From IMG/VR virus record IMGVR_UViG_2684622579_000003: a stretch of DNA of 24,498 nucleotides. One strand, given 5' to 3'. Position numbers and translations under genes: made by a program. Numbering within the stretch: the stretch's first letter is position 1; each line of letters begins with the position of its first letter. This DNA is from a virus. Taxonomy: Duplodnaviria > Heunggongvirae > Uroviricota > Caudoviricetes. This document shows positions 1 through 9,574 of this stretch, in pieces. A model generated the notes under the pieces. The model ran no database searches. It saw nothing but the letters and a program-made list of their open reading frames with translations, and had not been told where the DNA came from.

Positions 1-1053
1 TTACGGGGTAATGCCAACCGCTGCCGCCACTTTGTCGCCACTTGGCAGCGTTGCCAGAGGATTGAAACGGAGCGCCGTTTCCAGATGATCCGGTGCCAGA
101 TGTGCGTAACGCATAGTCATTTTTATATCGTGGTGTCCGAGAATTTTTTGTAAAGCCAGAATGTTTCCACCCGACATCATGAAGTGCGCCGCAAACGTAT
201 GGCGCAGAACGTGTGTGAGTTGACCGCGAGGGAGCACGATAGACGTTTTTTCCATCACGGATAAAAATTGAAAATAGCAGTCTGTGAAGAAATTGAACCC
301 ATCAAGCGCCATGATCTCTTCGTAAAGCTCTTTACTGATAGGGATGCTTCTGTTTTTCTTCCCCTTCGTTCTTACAAAGGTAATTCGGTATTTGGTCACC
401 TGTGAGCGGGTAAGATTTACGGCTTCTCGCCAGCGTGCGCCTGTGCTTAAGCATATCTTAACTACCAGTGCCAGAATTGGGTCCTGACGTTTGCAATCAG
501 CTAGTAATTCAACAATCTGCTCATGGGTAAGCCATGCCATCTCTTTTTCTGCGATGGTGAATTTTCGCATGTTCTCCAGTGGGTTCGGATACGACCATTC
601 GCCCAGGCGGGATAGTTCGCTAAAAACACTACTTAGATAGCTTTGCTCCAGGTTAATGGTGACCGGGCTTGCTCCTTTCTTCCATTTCTCACTGAAGTAG
701 ATCTCACCTGTCAGGCGTTTATCTCGATAGTGGGCAAACATTTTAGAGGTTAGATCAGTTGCAAGGGGATTGCCCAGAGCGTCAACCATCAGCAGCAATT
801 TGTCATAGACATGCTGCCCAGCAGTCAGAGATTTACCATGTAGTTTGAACCATAGCTCAACCACGTCTTTCAGTGTTCGACGATCCACTGATTCACCCAG
901 CCAGGGCTTTGCTTCGGTTTCTTCCATCGTGTGACGCTCAAAAGCCAGTGCTTCGCCTTTGGTGGCGAATTGTTTACGCACACGACGCCCACTACGTCCG
1001 GCGGGGTAACATTCGCAAAGCCATTTTCCTGTGGTGAGTTTTCGTACTGCCAT
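1..1053 (-). CDS. int: Tyrosine recombinase / phage integrase (P2/186-type), 350 aa; stop codon is the first 3 bases of the window
   Basis: Full ORF on minus strand. C-terminal catalytic region has the integrase-type signature (HVLRHTFA...H.D...TMRYAHL with the terminal Tyr). Position downstream of cI matches P2/186 layout. Confidence 0.9.
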   Translation of the reverse strand: MAVRKLTTGKWLCECYPAGRSGRRVRKQFATKGEALAFERHTMEETEAKPWLGESVDRRTLKDVVELWFKLHGKSLTAGQHVYDKLLLMVDALGNPLATDLTSKMFAHYRDKRLTGEIYFSEKWKKGASPVTINLEQSYLSSVFSELSRLGEWSYPNPLENMRKFTIAEKEMAWLTHEQIVELLADCKRQDPILALVVKICLSTGARWREAVNLTRSQVTKYRITFVRTKGKKNRSIPISKELYEEIMALDGFNFFTDCYFQFLSVMEKTSIVLPRGQLTHVLRHTFAAHFMMSGGNILALQKILGHHDIKMTMRYAHLAPDHLETALRFNPLATLPSGDKVAAAVGITP

Positions 1054-1058
1054 AATAA

Positions 1059-1078
1059 AGCCCTCATATCAGAGGGCT
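1059..1078 (-). terminator. Hairpin (AGCCCTC / loop / GAGGGCT) followed on the minus strand by TTTATT, directly abutting the int ATG
   Basis: 7-bp perfect inverted repeat at 1059-1065 / 1072-1078 read directly from sequence; on the minus strand it sits between the KAP stop and the int start, with a short U-tract. Confidence 0.4.
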
Positions 1079-1139
1079 AAATTTAACTGTATGTTTGACC
1101 AGTGGTCAATGTATGGTTTAGTTTATTCAAACAATGCTT

Positions 1140-2657
1140 TTAATCAAATGATGTGGCCAGTTCAATTAATTCAATGTAATTATGTAAGGCATAAAAAGAT
1201 GTATTCAGACCATTCTCTATAAGGGCTCCTTGCAAATACTTTATAGCTGTATCACCATCAATAGGGCCTTGTTGAGATATAATCATTAGTGAATTTTGCC
1301 CATTGTTTTTTATACTTGATTTAAGCATGTTTATATTATTAATAAAATACAATGCAACATCTAAGTAATTTATTAATGTTAAATTTATTTTGGGCTCGAT
1401 CTGTGAGATGAATAATCTACTGCTCGCCGTTCTATAGATATAATTGACACCTATTCTTTGCTGATTTGTATCAAGATTTAATTCAAGGATGGCTTGAGAA
1501 ACACCTTTTAAATTGGAGCTTTGCTTTATCGAATCAGTGAAACGTTGTGCTGCATTTCTTCGACCAATTAGTCCATCTATAATTTGACGATCCTTATCAT
1601 ATATAATCATTAGCGAAATTATAAAAATATAATCTACTTTCTTTTTGACTAAATCAGATTTAAGAATGTCTATTAACCTTTCAGTATTTCGGATTGAGTC
1701 TCTTAGATTTAACCCAAATGCTTCAAATACGTTGGAAATATTTATTGAAAAGTCTTCTAATGTTGCTGTTAGTGGGTATGTTTTTGATGTGATATTTTCA
1801 AAATCGGTACCAATATAATCACCAACAACACCATTAATTAAATCTTTAAGTTCAGGTTGTTTTAAAGTAAATCTTCTATGAAAAAAACGGCCTAAATAGT
1901 CATTTGCGGAAAAATCATTACCGTAAACATTCTTGATTGAATGTTGTAATTGATCTGTGTCAGTAGCAATAATAAAGACAAAATTTTTAATATCGAATAT
2001 ATGTTTAACAATCTCTAAAAGAGAAATTGCATAATCTGGCCTGCATCTGTCTAATTCATCTATAAAGATAAATATAGGACATGAAAAACTATTTTCATAT
2101 GCCAACCTAGACCATAACGTTAGTTCTTTTTTTAATACCTTAATGCTCTTCAGTTTTTCCTGGTGTTCCTTCAGCATTATTAATGAGGCTTCTTTGGCTA
2201 TATCACCTACGTTATCTACTCCTGCATAAGTCTTGATTAGGCCAGATATGATTTCAGGTAGAACACCTTTTGTAAAGCGTCCGATAGCATGGCCGCTTTG
2301 TATCAATCGAGCATCAAGTTTTCCTGCATATGTTTGCAATTGTTGTGACAAAGAAGAAAAAAGGGTTAAAAATGCATCATCAGAAAAGTCTTGCTTCCAG
2401 GCATCAATGTAAACGCATGGGTGTGCATCTTTTATTGAGTTATAAAATCTCTTTATGAAAAAACTTTTACCAGCTCCCCATTCTGCATTAAGGTTGATTA
2501 CCGTGTTGTTCTTTTGCCCCTTTTCCTTAAGATAAAAATATAGATATTCTGCATAGTGTCTCCGATTAAGTTTGTCTTTGGAAAGAATTTCCTCTTCGTC
2601 GTCTAATATAAAGGTAGTTTCTTCATCCCAGTTCCAATTACAATCACCACATTTCAC
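1140..2657 (-). CDS. KAP-family P-loop NTPase (505 aa), probable GTG start, AT-rich cargo gene
   Basis: Walker A embedded in the KAP-typical context NLNAEWGAGKSFF; Walker B-like IFIFIDELDRCRP (hhhhDELDR). GGAG about 8 nt upstream of the GTG. GC content visibly lower than the phage backbone. Confidence 0.7.
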   Translation of the reverse strand: MKCGDCNWNWDEETTFILDDEEEILSKDKLNRRHYAEYLYFYLKEKGQKNNTVINLNAEWGAGKSFFIKRFYNSIKDAHPCVYIDAWKQDFSDDAFLTLFSSLSQQLQTYAGKLDARLIQSGHAIGRFTKGVLPEIISGLIKTYAGVDNVGDIAKEASLIMLKEHQEKLKSIKVLKKELTLWSRLAYENSFSCPIFIFIDELDRCRPDYAISLLEIVKHIFDIKNFVFIIATDTDQLQHSIKNVYGNDFSANDYLGRFFHRRFTLKQPELKDLINGVVGDYIGTDFENITSKTYPLTATLEDFSINISNVFEAFGLNLRDSIRNTERLIDILKSDLVKKKVDYIFIISLMIIYDKDRQIIDGLIGRRNAAQRFTDSIKQSSNLKGVSQAILELNLDTNQQRIGVNYIYRTASSRLFISQIEPKINLTLINYLDVALYFINNINMLKSSIKNNGQNSLMIISQQGPIDGDTAIKYLQGALIENGLNTSFYALHNYIELIELATSFD

Positions 2658-2682
2658 TATGAAGTCTCCATGAAAAATTTAC

Positions 2683-3606
2683 TTAATGTAAACAACTTAT
2701 AATAACTTTTGCAATAAACTCAATGTCTGTAAGCGAACATTCAAAAGAGTGATTTTGGGATGAAATATAAACTCGTCCTTTAGGTAGTCGAGTTATCATT
2801 CTAAATGAATTCTCTCCATCAATATTTACTAGCCACTTACCATCATGTACATCTTTAAAACCCATTTCACATATTAATTCAGAGTCTTCGGTAGATACTA
2901 CGAATGCATTTTTTAAATTGGAAGGTAGAAAGCATGGGTCAAATAAATATGAGCCATCATTTATTAACTTGCCATTGATTAATACTTTTTTCACTAATGT
3001 TAAAGTATCTTTATTTTTTGCGTTTTTCATTTCTCCTGTACCAAATGAAATCCATTCAATAGAATGGCCCGTTTCTATTGCACACTGCAAAACCCAGTCT
3101 GCAGGAAAAATGTCACGCATGTATCGTGTGGCTAATGTGCTTTTTGAAATACCTAGGTGATCAGCTAATGCTTGGCGCGTTTTGTAACCGTAAGCCTCGA
3201 CAATTCGTTCTATTGTTGCCTTACCCCCTCGGTTAAAATTCATGAGTTTTTCATTATCGAACTTTATAGTGGGAATGTATACTTCATTGCAAAGGCCATT
3301 AACGGCATGTTTTTCAGAATATTGCTCTGATGAAGGAGCAGTATCTGAACCAAGAACTAACCATTCAATTGATGCTCCTGTTTCTATGGAACATATAACA
3401 ACCCAATCTGCAGGAAAGGTATTACGTGCATATCTGTTGGCCATAGTACTTTGGGAAATACCTAGATGATTACATAATGCCTGTCGTGACTTGAAGCCAT
3501 AGGCTAGGAGTATACGCTCAATAACTTTTTGCCCTCCACGATTCTGCATAACTATTGCTTTCAGATCGTTTTTGATATGGCTAAATTTTAATTTTTGAGT
3601 TGACAT
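2683..3606 (-). CDS. CI-repressor paralog with tandem duplicated N-terminal HTH domain plus CI-like C-terminal domain (307 aa)
   Basis: Two consecutive copies of the module IER..AYG.K.RQAL..HLGIS.ST.A.RY.R..FPA.WV..C.IETG.S.EW, followed by a C-terminal region alignable to the C-terminal half of the adjacent 191-aa CI (..DG.Y.FD..FLPS.LKN.FV....S...IC...F.D..DGKW...ID.E...R.ITRLP.GR...). Internal Met at residue 122 (codon 3241-3243). Confidence 0.75.
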   Translation of the reverse strand: MSTQKLKFSHIKNDLKAIVMQNRGGQKVIERILLAYGFKSRQALCNHLGISQSTMANRYARNTFPADWVVICSIETGASIEWLVLGSDTAPSSEQYSEKHAVNGLCNEVYIPTIKFDNEKLMNFNRGGKATIERIVEAYGYKTRQALADHLGISKSTLATRYMRDIFPADWVLQCAIETGHSIEWISFGTGEMKNAKNKDTLTLVKKVLINGKLINDGSYLFDPCFLPSNLKNAFVVSTEDSELICEMGFKDVHDGKWLVNIDGENSFRMITRLPKGRVYISSQNHSFECSLTDIEFIAKVIISCLH

Positions 3607-3656
3607 ATTTTTTACACCACAACAAATGCTTTACCAAGCATAAAAACATTCCTATA

Positions 3657-4232
3657 TTACTCAAAGTACTTAACTGTTATGCTTATAATTTTTCCAATAA
3701 TTTCGATTTCTTCTTTTTTACATTCGAAAGCCCTATTTCCACCTTCAACTAAGATTCTTCCACCAGGTAAACGAGTGATATCGCGGATTGTTACTTCGGC
3801 ATCAATACTTATTACCCATTTGCCGTCACGAATATCGTTAAACTCTTTATCGCAAATAAAAACGGAATTGTTATCGGTGATTACAAACGGATTTTTGAGC
3901 GTAGATGGTAGAAATTCTTTATCGAAAATATAAAAACCATCTTCCTGCAAGGTTCCATCAGATAATACATATTTAACGACTTCCATAGTATTTGTATTAC
4001 CTGAAGTTTGCTTTGAACCATGTCCGGTCGTGAGCCAGTTAAGCGAGGCGCCCGTTTCAAGTGCGCACTGGATTACCCATTCAGCAGGGAATGAGTCACG
4101 CATATAGCGTGTGGCGAGAGTACTTTTAGAGATTCCTAAGTGATCGCACAACGCCTGTCGAGTCTTGAAGCCATATGCTTCTACCATGCGCTCTATAGCG
4201 CCTCGTCCGCCTTTCTCCAAATTCATGGTCAC
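3657..4232 (-). CDS. cI: Immunity repressor CI, phage-186 type (191 aa)
   Basis: Length and sequence recall 186 CI (N-terminal HTH ..EAYGF...LA.HL.IS.S.L..RY.R......CALETGA.L.WL.TG). Located immediately upstream of int and divergent from apl/cII. GGAG-like RBS upstream of the ATG. Confidence 0.85.
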   Translation of the reverse strand: MTMNLEKGGRGAIERMVEAYGFKTRQALCDHLGISKSTLATRYMRDSFPAEWVIQCALETGASLNWLTTGHGSKQTSGNTNTMEVVKYVLSDGTLQEDGFYIFDKEFLPSTLKNPFVITDNNSVFICDKEFNDIRDGKWVISIDAEVTIRDITRLPGGRILVEGGNRAFECKKEEIEIIGKIISITVKYFE

Positions 4233-4250
4233 TCCAAGTGAACTTTTGTC

Positions 4251-4279
4251 TTGACGATTTCATTATGCGATCGTATGTT
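4251..4279 (+). promoter_or_regulatory. Sigma70-like rightward promoter (TTGACG - 17 bp - TATGTT) in the cI/apl switch region; candidate lytic promoter pR
   Basis: Hexamers and 17-bp spacing read directly from sequence, about 70 bp upstream of the apl ATG. The 119-bp cI-apl intergenic region is the expected 186-type switch. Confidence 0.5.
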
Positions 4280-4351
4280 TATGATGTTCACAAAATACAA
4301 ACGATCCGTATTCGTCCTGATTAATCAACATTAAACGAGGAATGTTGCATC

Positions 4352-4573
4352 ATGAAACCTAACATTTCAATCACTCTTACCACGCCTCATGTGACTATTG
4401 AACGTTATAGCGAGCTGACAGGGCTATCCATCGATACTATCAATGACATGTTGGCTGATGGACGTCTTATCCGTCACCGTCTGCGGAAAGATAAAAAACG
4501 CGAAAAAGTGATGATCAACATAGCAGCCATGACCGTTGATGCGCTTTCAGAATGCAATCTAAACCTTAATTAG
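4352..4573 (+). CDS. apl: Apl/Cox-like excisionase and transcriptional regulator (73 aa)
   Basis: Small basic protein encoded first in the rightward operon, divergent from cI, directly preceding cII as in phage 186. Confidence 0.65.
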   Translation: MKPNISITLTTPHVTIERYSELTGLSIDTINDMLADGRLIRHRLRKDKKREKVMINIAAMTVDALSECNLNLN

Positions 4574-4599
4574 TTCGATTCTGAAATACATCAGAGGCA

Positions 4600-5115
4600 T
4601 TGACCATGTTTGATTACCAAGTTTCCAAACACCCGCATTTTGATGAAGCCTGTAGAGCTTTTGCACTTCGTCACAATATGGCGAAGCTGGCAGAACGTGC
4701 AGGAATGAATGTCCAGACTCTGCGAAACAAACTCAACCCAGATCAACCGCATCAGCTCAATGCGCCAGAAATCTGGCTGCTTACCGATCTGACTGAAGAT
4801 TCAACGCTGGTAGATGGCTTTCTGGCACAGATTCACTGCCTGCCATGTGTACCGATTAATGAGGTGGCAAAAGAGAAACTGCCGCATTACGTCATGAGTG
4901 CAACTGCAGAGATAGGGCGTGTCGCGGCAGGTGCGGTTTCTGGCGATGTAAAAACCAGTGCAGGCCGTCGTGATGCGATCAGCAGCATTAACTCTGTTAC
5001 ACGACTGATGGCGCTGGCTGCTGTTTCATTGCAGGCCCGTTTACAGGCTAATCCTGCGATGGCGAGTGCAGTTGATACCGTGACTGGCCTCGGTGCTTCA
5101 TTCGGTTTGCTGTGA
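4600..5115 (+). CDS. cII: CII-like lysogeny establishment regulator, 186 type (171 aa)
   Basis: Size and position match 186 CII. Possible HTH in the region [21 protein letters not shown]. The Ala/Ser-rich C-terminus is typical of a degradation-prone tail. Confidence 0.7.
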   Translation: MTMFDYQVSKHPHFDEACRAFALRHNMAKLAERAGMNVQTLRNKLNPDQPHQLNAPEIWLLTDLTEDSTLVDGFLAQIHCLPCVPINEVAKEKLPHYVMSATAEIGRVAAGAVSGDVKTSAGRRDAISSINSVTRLMALAAVSLQARLQANPAMASAVDTVTGLGASFGLL

Positions 5116-5122
5116 GGTGCTT

Positions 5123-5323
5123 ATGCTGACGAAAGAACCATCATTTGCATCGCTGCTGGTAAAACAAAGTCCGGCAATGCACTACGGTCACGGCTGGATC
5201 ATGGGTGAGGATGGTAAACGCTGGCATCCGTGCCGTTCACAAGATGAATTGCTGGCAGAACTATCAACGAAAAAACGGGGGAACCAATGGCTATTGAAGG
5301 CGCTGCGGCGACTGTTCCATTAA
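5123..5323 (+). CDS. Hypothetical early-operon protein (about 66 aa from the ATG at 5123)
   Basis: ORF in the early rightward operon; GAGGTG RBS-like sequence before the ATG at 5123. No recognisable motif. Confidence 0.45.
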   Translation: MLTKEPSFASLLVKQSPAMHYGHGWIMGEDGKRWHPCRSQDELLAELSTKKRGNQWLLKALRRLFH

Positions 5324-5628
5324 GCCCCGGTGAACGCCTGAATGGACTTAATCATATTGCGGAATTAAGAGCGAAAGTTTTTGGCCTGAATATTGAGTCA
5401 GAGCTTGAGCGGTTTATTAAAGATATGCGTGATCCACGGGATATCAATAATGAACAAAATAAACGGGCACTGGCTGCCATATTCTTTATGGCAAAAATTC
5501 CAGCTGAACGTCATAGCATCAGCATTAATGAGCTGACCACTGACGAAAAGCGGGAGCTGATTAAAGCAATGAATCATTTTCGTGCAGTGGTGAGCTTATT
5601 TCCCAGACGGCTAACCATGCCGAATTAA
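5287..5628 (+). CDS. Hypothetical early-operon protein (113 aa)
   Basis: ORF with backbone-like GC, same orientation as the early operon; overlaps the previous ORF by about 37 nt, so the true start is uncertain. Confidence 0.5.
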   Translation: MAIEGAAATVPLSPGERLNGLNHIAELRAKVFGLNIESELERFIKDMRDPRDINNEQNKRALAAIFFMAKIPAERHSISINELTTDEKRELIKAMNHFRAVVSLFPRRLTMPN

Positions 5629-5689
5629 CCAACTAATGAAATTCATGGCGTAAACCCGCCAGGCATCCCTTTATCTAAATTCAGGAGAA

Positions 5690-5929
5690 TTGATTATGCG
5701 TAATATTGAAACCCTCACGACTAAAACCGGACCGGATGATGCAGGGCTTAATATTTTACTGACAGAGGCTCGTCTGGAAGAACGCCGGGCAAGGGCTGAA
5801 GCAATGGCAGCTCGCCTTGATAGCCTGGCGTGTCATATCACATCCCGCCAGCTAAACCACGTCGAAGCGGCAGAACTGCTGCGTGTGACTGCTGAAGCAA
5901 TCCAGAACGAAGCGCAGGAGATCCACTGA
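5690..5929 (+). CDS. Hypothetical early-operon protein (79 aa)
   Basis: AGGAGA RBS about 6 nt upstream of the ATG; stop overlaps the start of the next gene. Confidence 0.55.
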   Translation: MIMRNIETLTTKTGPDDAGLNILLTEARLEERRARAEAMAARLDSLACHITSRQLNHVEAAELLRVTAEAIQNEAQEIH

Positions 5930-6156
5930 TGGCTGATGCAATGGATCTCGTACAGCAGCGCGTTGAAGAAGAACGCCAGCGTCATATCCGTGCTGCCCGC
6001 GCCAAAACGCCGGGCGTATCCCGCGTGCTTTGCATTGAGTGTGAAGCACCAATTCCGCCAGCACGACGTCGCGCCATTCCGGGTGTGCAGCTTTGCATTA
6101 CCTGTCAGGAAATCGCAGAGCTGAAAGGCAAACATTACAACGGAGGTGCTGTATGA
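5929..6156 (+). CDS. TraR/DksA-family C4 zinc-finger protein (75 aa)
   Basis: C-x2-C ... C-x2-C (CIECEAP...CITCQEIA) with a preceding basic helical region, as in phage TraR/DksA-like proteins. Confidence 0.7.
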   Translation: MADAMDLVQQRVEEERQRHIRAARAKTPGVSRVLCIECEAPIPPARRRAIPGVQLCITCQEIAELKGKHYNGGAV

Positions 6157-7010
6157 GCACCATCCTGAAATGGGCGGGTAATAAAACCGCCATTATGCCA
6201 GAACTGAAAAAATACCTTCCTGCTGGCCCGCGACTGGTTGAACCTTTCGCGGGTTCTTGTGCTGTGATGATAGAGACGGATTACCCCAGCTATCTTGTTG
6301 CGGATATTAATCCTGATTTAATCAACCTCTATAAAAAGGTTGCTGCTGATTGCGAGGCGTTTATATCTCGTGCCAGAGCTTTATTTGAGGAAGCAAACAG
6401 GGAGGTGGCTTATTACAACATAAGGCAGGAGTTTAATTACTCCACTGAAATTACTGATTTCATGAAAGCGGTATATTTCCTGTATCTCAATCGTCATGGT
6501 TACCGTGGGTTATGTCGCTATAACAAGAGCGGGCATTTCAACATTCCCTACGGGAATTATAAAAATCCGTATTTCCCTGAAAAAGAAATTCGCAAATTTG
6601 CAGAAAAAGCCCAGCGAGCAACGTTTATCTGCGCCAGCTTTGATGAAACGCTGGCGATGTTGAAGGCGGGGGATGTGGTGTATTGCGATCCGCCTTATGA
6701 CGGTACGTTTTCCGGCTATCACACTGATGGCTTCACTGAGGATGACCAGTATCACCTGGCATCCGTTCTTGAACATCGATCATCTGAAGGTCATCCGGTC
6801 ATTGTTTCTAACAGTGACACATCCCTGATTCGTTCGCTGTATCGCAATTTCACTCACCACTACATCAAGGCAAAACGCAGCATCGGCGTGTCGGCTGGCG
6901 AGAGTAAATCTGCAACAGAAATCATTGCTGTTTCCGGGGCGCGCTGCTGGGTGGGATTTGATCCTTCGCGTGGCGTGGATAGTTCTGCTGTGTACGAGGT
7001 GCGTGTATGA
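6153..7010 (+). CDS. dam: DNA adenine (N6) methyltransferase, Dam-like orphan MTase
   Basis: Motif I (EPFAGSCAV) near the N-terminus and catalytic motif IV DPPY (VYCDPPYDG); N-terminal KWAGNK typical of Dam. Start placed at the ATG at 6153; the track ORF begins further upstream at 6093. Confidence 0.85.
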
Positions 7011-9421
7011 GTCATGATGATATGAGCAACTCTAGCGGCTTTAACGAGGCCGCTGCAGCATTTTCATGGAACGGCCCGAAAAAGGCCATTAACCCTTATC
7101 TGGACCCGGCGGAAGTTGCGCCGGAGTCTGCACTTTCAAACATGATCACTCTGTACGCTGCCGATAACGAGCAGGAACAGCTGCGCCGCGATGCACTGAG
7201 TGAGCAGGTCTGGGAGCGTTATTTCTTTAATGAATCCCGTGATCCTGTCCAGCGCGAAATGGAGCAGGATAATCTCATTAGTCGGGCAAAGCTGGCGCAT
7301 GAGCAGCAGCGTTTTAACCCGGACATGGTCATTCTGGCGGACGTCAGCGCCCAGCCCACCCACATCAGCAAGCCGCTGATGCAACGTATCGAATACTTCA
7401 GCAGCCTGGGCAGGCCAAAGGCTTATTCCCGCTATTTGCGTGAGACGATTAAGTCATGTCTGGAGCGACTGGAGTATGTACGCGACAGTCAGCTATCCGC
7501 TTCTTTCCGTTTTATGGCAAGCCATCAAGGGCTTGAGGGCCTGCTGATCCTGCCTGAAATGAGTCAGGATCAGGTAAAACGCCTGTCCACCTTGGTAGCA
7601 GCGCATATGAGCATGTGTCTTGAGGCCGCTTGTGGTGATTTGTATGCCTCCGATGACGTTAAGCCAGAAGAAATCCGCAAGACATGGGAAAAGGTGGCAG
7701 CGGAAACCCTGCGTCTGGATGTTATCCCGCCTGCGTTTGAGAAACTCCGTCGGAAAAGAAACCGCCGCAAACCCGTGCCCTATGAACTCATACCGGGTTC
7801 GCTGGCACGTATGCTTTGCGCCGACTGGTGGTATCGAAAATTGTGGAAGATACGTTGCGAATGGCGGGAAGAGCAGTTGCGTGCTGTCTGCCTGGTCAGC
7901 AAAAAAGCATCTCCCTATGTCAGCTATGAAGCAGTGACGCATAAACGTGAGCAGCGCCGCAAGTCGCTGGAGTTTTTCCGTTCTCATGAACTGGTGAACG
8001 AAGACGGCGACACGCTGGATATGGAAGACGTGGTAAACGCCAGCAGCAGCAACCCGGCGCACCGCCGCAATGAGATGATGGCCTGTGTTAAAGGTCTGGA
8101 GCTTATCGCGGAAATGCGTGGTGACTGCGCCGTTTTCTACACCATTACCTGTCCGTCACGTTTCCATTCTACGCTCAATAACGGCAGACCAAACCCAACC
8201 TGGACAAATGCGACGGTAAGACAAAGCAGCGATTATCTGGTCGGCATGTTTGCTGCATTTCGTAAGGCTATGCACAAAGCCGGGTTGCGCTGGTATGGCG
8301 TGCGGGTGGCTGAGCCGCACCATGACGGTACTGTGCACTGGCATCTCATGTGTTTCATGCGCAAAAAAGACCGCCGCGCCATTACTGCATTGTTGCGTAA
8401 GTTTGCCATCCGTGAAGACCGCGAGGAACTGGGCAATAACACGGGTCCACGCTTTAAGTCTGAGCTGATAAACCCGCGCAAAGGAACGCCGACAAGCTAC
8501 ATCGCGAAATACATCAGTAAGAACATTGACGGACGTGGTCTGGCTGGCGAGATCAGCAAGGAAACGGGTAAATCCCTGCGTGATAACGCCGAATACGTTA
8601 ATGCCTGGGCGTCTCTGCATCGTGTTCAGCAGTTCCGCTTCTTTGGTATTCCGGGGCGTCAGGCGTACCGTGAACTTCGCTTGCTGGCTGGTCAGGCGGC
8701 AAGGCAACAGGGTGACAAAAAAGCAGGTGCGCCGGTACTGGATGACCCGCGCCTTGATGCCATCCTGGCTGCCGCTGATGCTGGCTGTTTTGCCACCTAC
8801 ATCATGAAGCAGGGCGGCGTACTGGTTCCCCGCAAATATCACCTTATCAGAACAGCTTATGAAATTAACGAAGAGCCGACCGCTTATGGCGATCACGGTA
8901 TTCGTATTTATGGCATCTGGTCACCCATTGTACAGGGCAAGATCTGCACTCATGCAATGAAATGGAAAATGGTTCGTAAGGTCGTTGACGTTCAGGAGGC
9001 GGCAGCCGACCAGGGCGCTTGCGCCCCTTGGACTCGTGGCAATAACTGTCCCCTTGCTGAAAATTTGTACCAACAAGGGAAAGACAAATCAGCTGATGGG
9101 GATACCAGAACGGATATCACCCGTATGGATGACAAGGAGTTGCACGATTACCTGCACAGTATGAACAAAAAAGAACGCCGGGAACTGGCTGCAAGGTTAC
9201 GCCTGGTGAAACCGAAACGGCGTAGAGACTACAAACAGCGAATTACAGACCATCAACGACAGCAGCTCGTCTATGAACTGAAGTCCAGAGGATTTGATGG
9301 CAGCGAGAAAGAGGTCGATTTACTCCTTCGCGGCGGCAGCATTCCGTCAGGAGCAGGCCTGCGTATTTTCTATCGGAACCAGCGTTTGCAGGAAGATGAT
9401 AAGTGGCGGAACCTGTATTAA
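7007..9421 (+). CDS. A: Replication initiation protein A (rolling-circle HUH endonuclease), 804 aa
   Basis: HUH motif ([10 protein letters not shown]) and paired-tyrosine motif ([10 protein letters not shown]). Size and position match P2/186 gene A. Start overlaps the dam stop (ATGA). Confidence 0.9.
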   Translation: MSHDDMSNSSGFNEAAAAFSWNGPKKAINPYLDPAEVAPESALSNMITLYAADNEQEQLRRDALSEQVWERYFFNESRDPVQREMEQDNLISRAKLAHEQQRFNPDMVILADVSAQPTHISKPLMQRIEYFSSLGRPKAYSRYLRETIKSCLERLEYVRDSQLSASFRFMASHQGLEGLLILPEMSQDQVKRLSTLVAAHMSMCLEAACGDLYASDDVKPEEIRKTWEKVAAETLRLDVIPPAFEKLRRKRNRRKPVPYELIPGSLARMLCADWWYRKLWKIRCEWREEQLRAVCLVSKKASPYVSYEAVTHKREQRRKSLEFFRSHELVNEDGDTLDMEDVVNASSSNPAHRRNEMMACVKGLELIAEMRGDCAVFYTITCPSRFHSTLNNGRPNPTWTNATVRQSSDYLVGMFAAFRKAMHKAGLRWYGVRVAEPHHDGTVHWHLMCFMRKKDRRAITALLRKFAIREDREELGNNTGPRFKSELINPRKGTPTSYIAKYISKNIDGRGLAGEISKETGKSLRDNAEYVNAWASLHRVQQFRFFGIPGRQAYRELRLLAGQAARQQGDKKAGAPVLDDPRLDAILAAADAGCFATYIMKQGGVLVPRKYHLIRTAYEINEEPTAYGDHGIRIYGIWSPIVQGKICTHAMKWKMVRKVVDVQEAAADQGACAPWTRGNNCPLAENLYQQGKDKSADGDTRTDITRMDDKELHDYLHSMNKKERRELAARLRLVKPKRRRDYKQRITDHQRQQLVYELKSRGFDGSEKEVDLLLRGGSIPSGAGLRIFYRNQRLQEDDKWRNLY

Positions 9422-9513
9422 TTACGCGGATTAACAATTCGTGCTCTTAATAATACCAGGCATATCAGGCTGATGAACGTAAAAAAACGTTTTACATCAG
9501 TAAGATTATTATA

Positions 9514-9533
9514 TACTGTAAATATAAACAGTG
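9514..9533 (+). promoter_or_regulatory. LexA (SOS) box TACTGTAAATATAAACAGTG overlapping a promoter-like region
   Basis: Perfect CTGT-N8-ACAG with AT-rich spacer, read directly from sequence. Upstream TTTACA (9491-9496) and TATACT (9512-9517) resemble -35/-10 elements. About 40 bp upstream of a small ORF with a strong RBS. Confidence 0.7.
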
Positions 9534-9574
9534 GTTATACATACAGTATTGCTTGTGGTGTCATAGGAGGAAAG

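Noticed and set aside
870-1222. Short ORFs overlapping the int 5' end and the int-KAP junction (870..1067 minus, 1031..1222 plus)
   Set aside because: They overlap a well-supported integrase gene and the terminator-like hairpin, with no RBS or motif support.
2918-3469. Plus-strand ORFs (80 and 75 aa) inside the dual-HTH gene
   Set aside because: Antisense to the CI-paralog coding sequence. Their mutual similarity is simply a reflection of the tandem HTH-module duplication on the other strand.
7493-8896. Several minus-strand ORFs (189 and 246 aa) inside replication gene A
   Set aside because: Antisense to A, which carries clear HUH and tyrosine motifs; treated as GC-driven artefacts.
9536-9552. 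Possible second LexA half-site (ATACAGTA) downstream of the main LexA box
   Set aside because: No partner CTGT at the correct 8-bp spacing; only the 9514-9533 site fits the consensus.
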